NCBI RefSeq assembly: GCF_018350175.1
Contig: NC_058368.1
Span: forward strand, 96,846,001-96,910,000
DNA from: Felis catus
Lineage: Eukaryota
DNA: 64,000 bases
Reading direction: 5' to 3'
Part shown: piece by piece, positions 61,151 to 64,000 of the stretch
How the letters are laid out: each line of letters begins with the position of its first letter
How positions within the stretch are numbered: the first letter of the stretch is position 1
The notes under the pieces: generated by a model
Told to the model about the DNA's origin: nothing
Databases searched by the model: none
Seen by the model: the letters and a program-made list of their open reading frames with translations, nothing else
Program-made: the position numbers and the translations under genes

Positions 61151-63626
61151 AGACCTGTCCTTCAATGTATTACAGCATAGCCATAAAAATTAACATGTAG
61201 AAGTGAAGTGTTTTTCACTTGTTTCTCTTCCTTCAGGTCTCTATTGCCAAAATGCTTTTAAAGATTCTACAAGAAATACAACCCCCAAAGGACTTTAAGA
61301 AATATAATCCTCTGTTATTGAAGAAGCTCTGTTTTTATTTATCATGTCTTTATCTCCATCAATCTCTGATTGACTAAGTATGGTCATTCTTCCACGTGGA
61401 GAAAGTTACTATGTGTATGATAGTTATTTGCAAAGACCCACCCCCACCCCCACACAGCCCAGAATATCTTCTGCACTATTGTATCTTTATGTGACATAGA
61501 ATCTTGTGGAACGCAGCCGACCTAAGACATGGGTCACCTGTCTACTATCAGGTAACGTTTCACTGAAAGAAGGCAACAGACATCAGCTAGCGAAATGGGT
61601 AAGATCTCCAAACTTTTTTGTGTGTGTTCATGGATGGCAGGCAGGGATGCTAAGTATTATTTGGAGGCTAGAGGAAGGAGAAAAGATAGCCTTAAAGAAT
61701 TAAAATGAAATACTCAGTACAAAGGCCCCTACTTCATTATTGGCCTGGAGGTCAGCTGCTCTAAATCGAGTTAATTTTACAGAGCATTAACGCTATTAAG
61801 TGACCGTGAGAAATCTTGCGGCTGTTTGCCCTCTAACCTCCAGACCACCAAACTCACTAATTCAATATCCCTAGCTCTCTTATTGACCCCAGTCTTTCTG
61901 TGCAAAGTGTGGGACCTAGTACCCAGAGGCCTTGGGTACTAGTGAAAATCTTTGTAAGAGGTCAATGTATCTTTGATAAAAGAAAGTACCCAGGATAATC
62001 CATGTTTATACCCTGTGCTTAAAAAAAAAAAAAATCCCAGAGCTTTGCACATGCTCTCTAATGGACTAGCATACATTACGATTTCAGCTATGTTTGGATC
62101 TTGAAGTATTGCACAAATTCAAGAATTCAAGGTTTTATTCCTCCTCTCCCCCCGCCTTTTTTTTCTCTTTTTTTAGCAACTGATATGTGACAAATGATGA
62201 AATTTTCAGCATGAAATTTGCTATTGGGGCTTCCATATTTCTTTATGATTTGTTATCAGGCTTTGCCATCCTTCAAGCCATAAATAAAAATGCAACTTTC
62301 ATCTGCATTTCAAACTAAGGTGAAAGTACAAAAATTAAACATTTTCATTTTTTTCTGAGTATCATTCACTCTCTGTGTGCTCCAAAAACAGCAAGACATA
62401 CTTCCCACTGCCTTTCTTCCAGAATGATTTCTTGGAAAGGCCATAAGAATAACTTATTATTAGCACATCCACAATTTACAGCTCTACCTACCTATTCAGC
62501 ATTGAAATAGAGTTCACGTTCAGCTTGAAAAAGCAGGACAAAAGAGTGTTCTAACTGTGTCAGCTACAATCAAACAAGTAAAATAAAATACACCCACCCC
62601 CTCTCAACATATATGGAAAACAACATCTTAATTTCCATTAGAATCTGGTGACTCCAATGATTGAAAAATAAGGATTCAGTAAGAACAAAATCACATAAAT
62701 ATCTATTTAATATGCCACGGCTTATCCAAAGGGAAAATGGACCAAAGGAAAAACACTTTTAAAAATTAATGAAAACCTAAACTGTTTCCACATAAGAAAG
62801 CATATCTTCCTGGCCTGAACATGGCTACCATACTGTGTGTATCTATCTGTGTACTGTGTGCTATGTGTTTGTGGATGTGGATGGGATCATCTGTGAGATT
62901 TTCTTCGTTGGAATTTAATTTTAGAAAAAGCAATCAGATCCTGCTGGGTAGCTAAATGAATCAACCTGTCTAAACTTTTTTTTTTTTTTTTAACAAGAAC
63001 TCTATCTGCATTCCTGCATCTTGAAACTATTGCAGAAACACACACCAAAAAAAATTTAAATTATTCCCTGGTAGACTATAAAGGTTGCTGTTAATAATGC
63101 TCATCTGAACTTAAGGCTTCAAGCAGTGCACGCCTGTCAGAGAAAGGAAAAAGAAGGGGGAAGCGAGAATTCGATCAGCACGAGGAAGTGCACTTTCAGC
63201 TTCAACAGGTACAAACTGCAGATGGGAAAAAGATCGTTAGCAAAATAAATTATGTCGTGCCCTCCTGTAATTTTTCACAATCTGTGTGGCAAAGATTTGA
63301 CTGCTGACACTGTCAACATACTCCCCGCATCTGTAGTCATTCACTGTGACCTGGTGGGTAGAGCAGCCTTTCCAAATAACCAAACACCAGATCCTGCATA
63401 ATGCAAAACGCCTTCTGCTATCCCCAGTGTACAATGGAATTAGAAAAACGGAATTGGTCCAACTGCTGCATTTATTTAACAAGGTAGTTATACAGAGAGC
63501 AAGCGTTTAGGAAGTCTTTCTTATTTTCAAAGTTCTGGCTCAGTTTACACCAAAACAAACTCTCCACAGCTCCTCCGGGAAAACATTCCACAAATGATAT
63601 TCCTCCCTGAACCCCCCCCAAGCACG

Positions 63627-63629
<3 letters not shown>

Positions 63630-63665
<36 letters not shown>
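63630..63665. repeat. (CA)n microsatellite
   Basis: perfect CA run. Confidence 0.98.
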
Positions 63666-63667
<2 letters not shown>

Positions 63668-64000
63668 CATCCCTACCCCTCCTTTTCTCCACAAATGAAA
63701 CAGTCTAAGCAGCTTGGTGTTTTCCTTCTTATTCAAAGTAACAACCAGACGAGCAAGGCCATTTTCTGGGGAAAAATAGAGCCAAGGTACAAGCATTTGG
63801 GAACAGCCTGCAACCCCAAAGAGGCATAGTCTATAAAAAAATATATGTGTTTTGAACCCTGCCTATCTATGAGTAGATCATTCTGAGTAATATTGCCCTT
63901 TGGAGCTCTAGAGACAGAACCACAAATATCACGCTTAGAAGACAGAATCTCTAGACTCAAACTGAAAAATGGTGTTTATGAGTATGTCTATTGCCAGAAA

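Larger units (their letters stand above)
56500..64000 (-). other. Probable long 3' UTR or terminal exon of an unidentified minus-strand gene
   Basis: no Can-SINE in about 7.6 kb; AU-rich; minus-strand AATAAA at 57237-57242 and 58480-58485; TGTA motifs; no long ORF. Confidence 0.45.

Noticed and set aside
1..64000. CRISPR array, operon or other novel multi-gene system
   Set aside because: Mammalian repeat-rich intergenic DNA; no regularly spaced repeat-spacer array and no intact CDS.

Overview
Mammalian intergenic DNA from a felid (cat family), judged from abundant tRNA-derived carnivore SINEs (Can-SINE, including young SINEC_Fc-type copies) and a felid-type L1 3' end. I find no intact protein-coding exon. 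Nearly all listed ORFs are artefacts of SINEs, L1 fragments or microsatellites. The window holds about 33 Can-SINEs, two large L1 insertions, MaLR/ERVL LTRs, hAT/Tigger DNA-transposon fossils, and MIR/L2/CR1 remnants. The last 8-10 kb is SINE-poor and resembles the long 3' UTR of an unidentified minus-strand gene with several candidate poly(A) signals. The most notable items are retrotransposition fossils. (1) A 5'-truncated PHB2 retrocopy whose downstream exons are spliced together but which appears to keep the 3' end of PHB2's minor-spliceosome (U12, AT-AC) intron. (2) A tailless 25-nt U6 snRNA 5' fragment inserted inside a SINE with an 18-bp target-site duplication. (3) An old twin-priming 5'-inverted L1 with a 39-nt duplication. 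I see no evidence of a new multi-gene system. Repeat subfamily names and the PHB2/U6 reference sequences come from recall, not from a database search, and many repeat boundaries are approximate.
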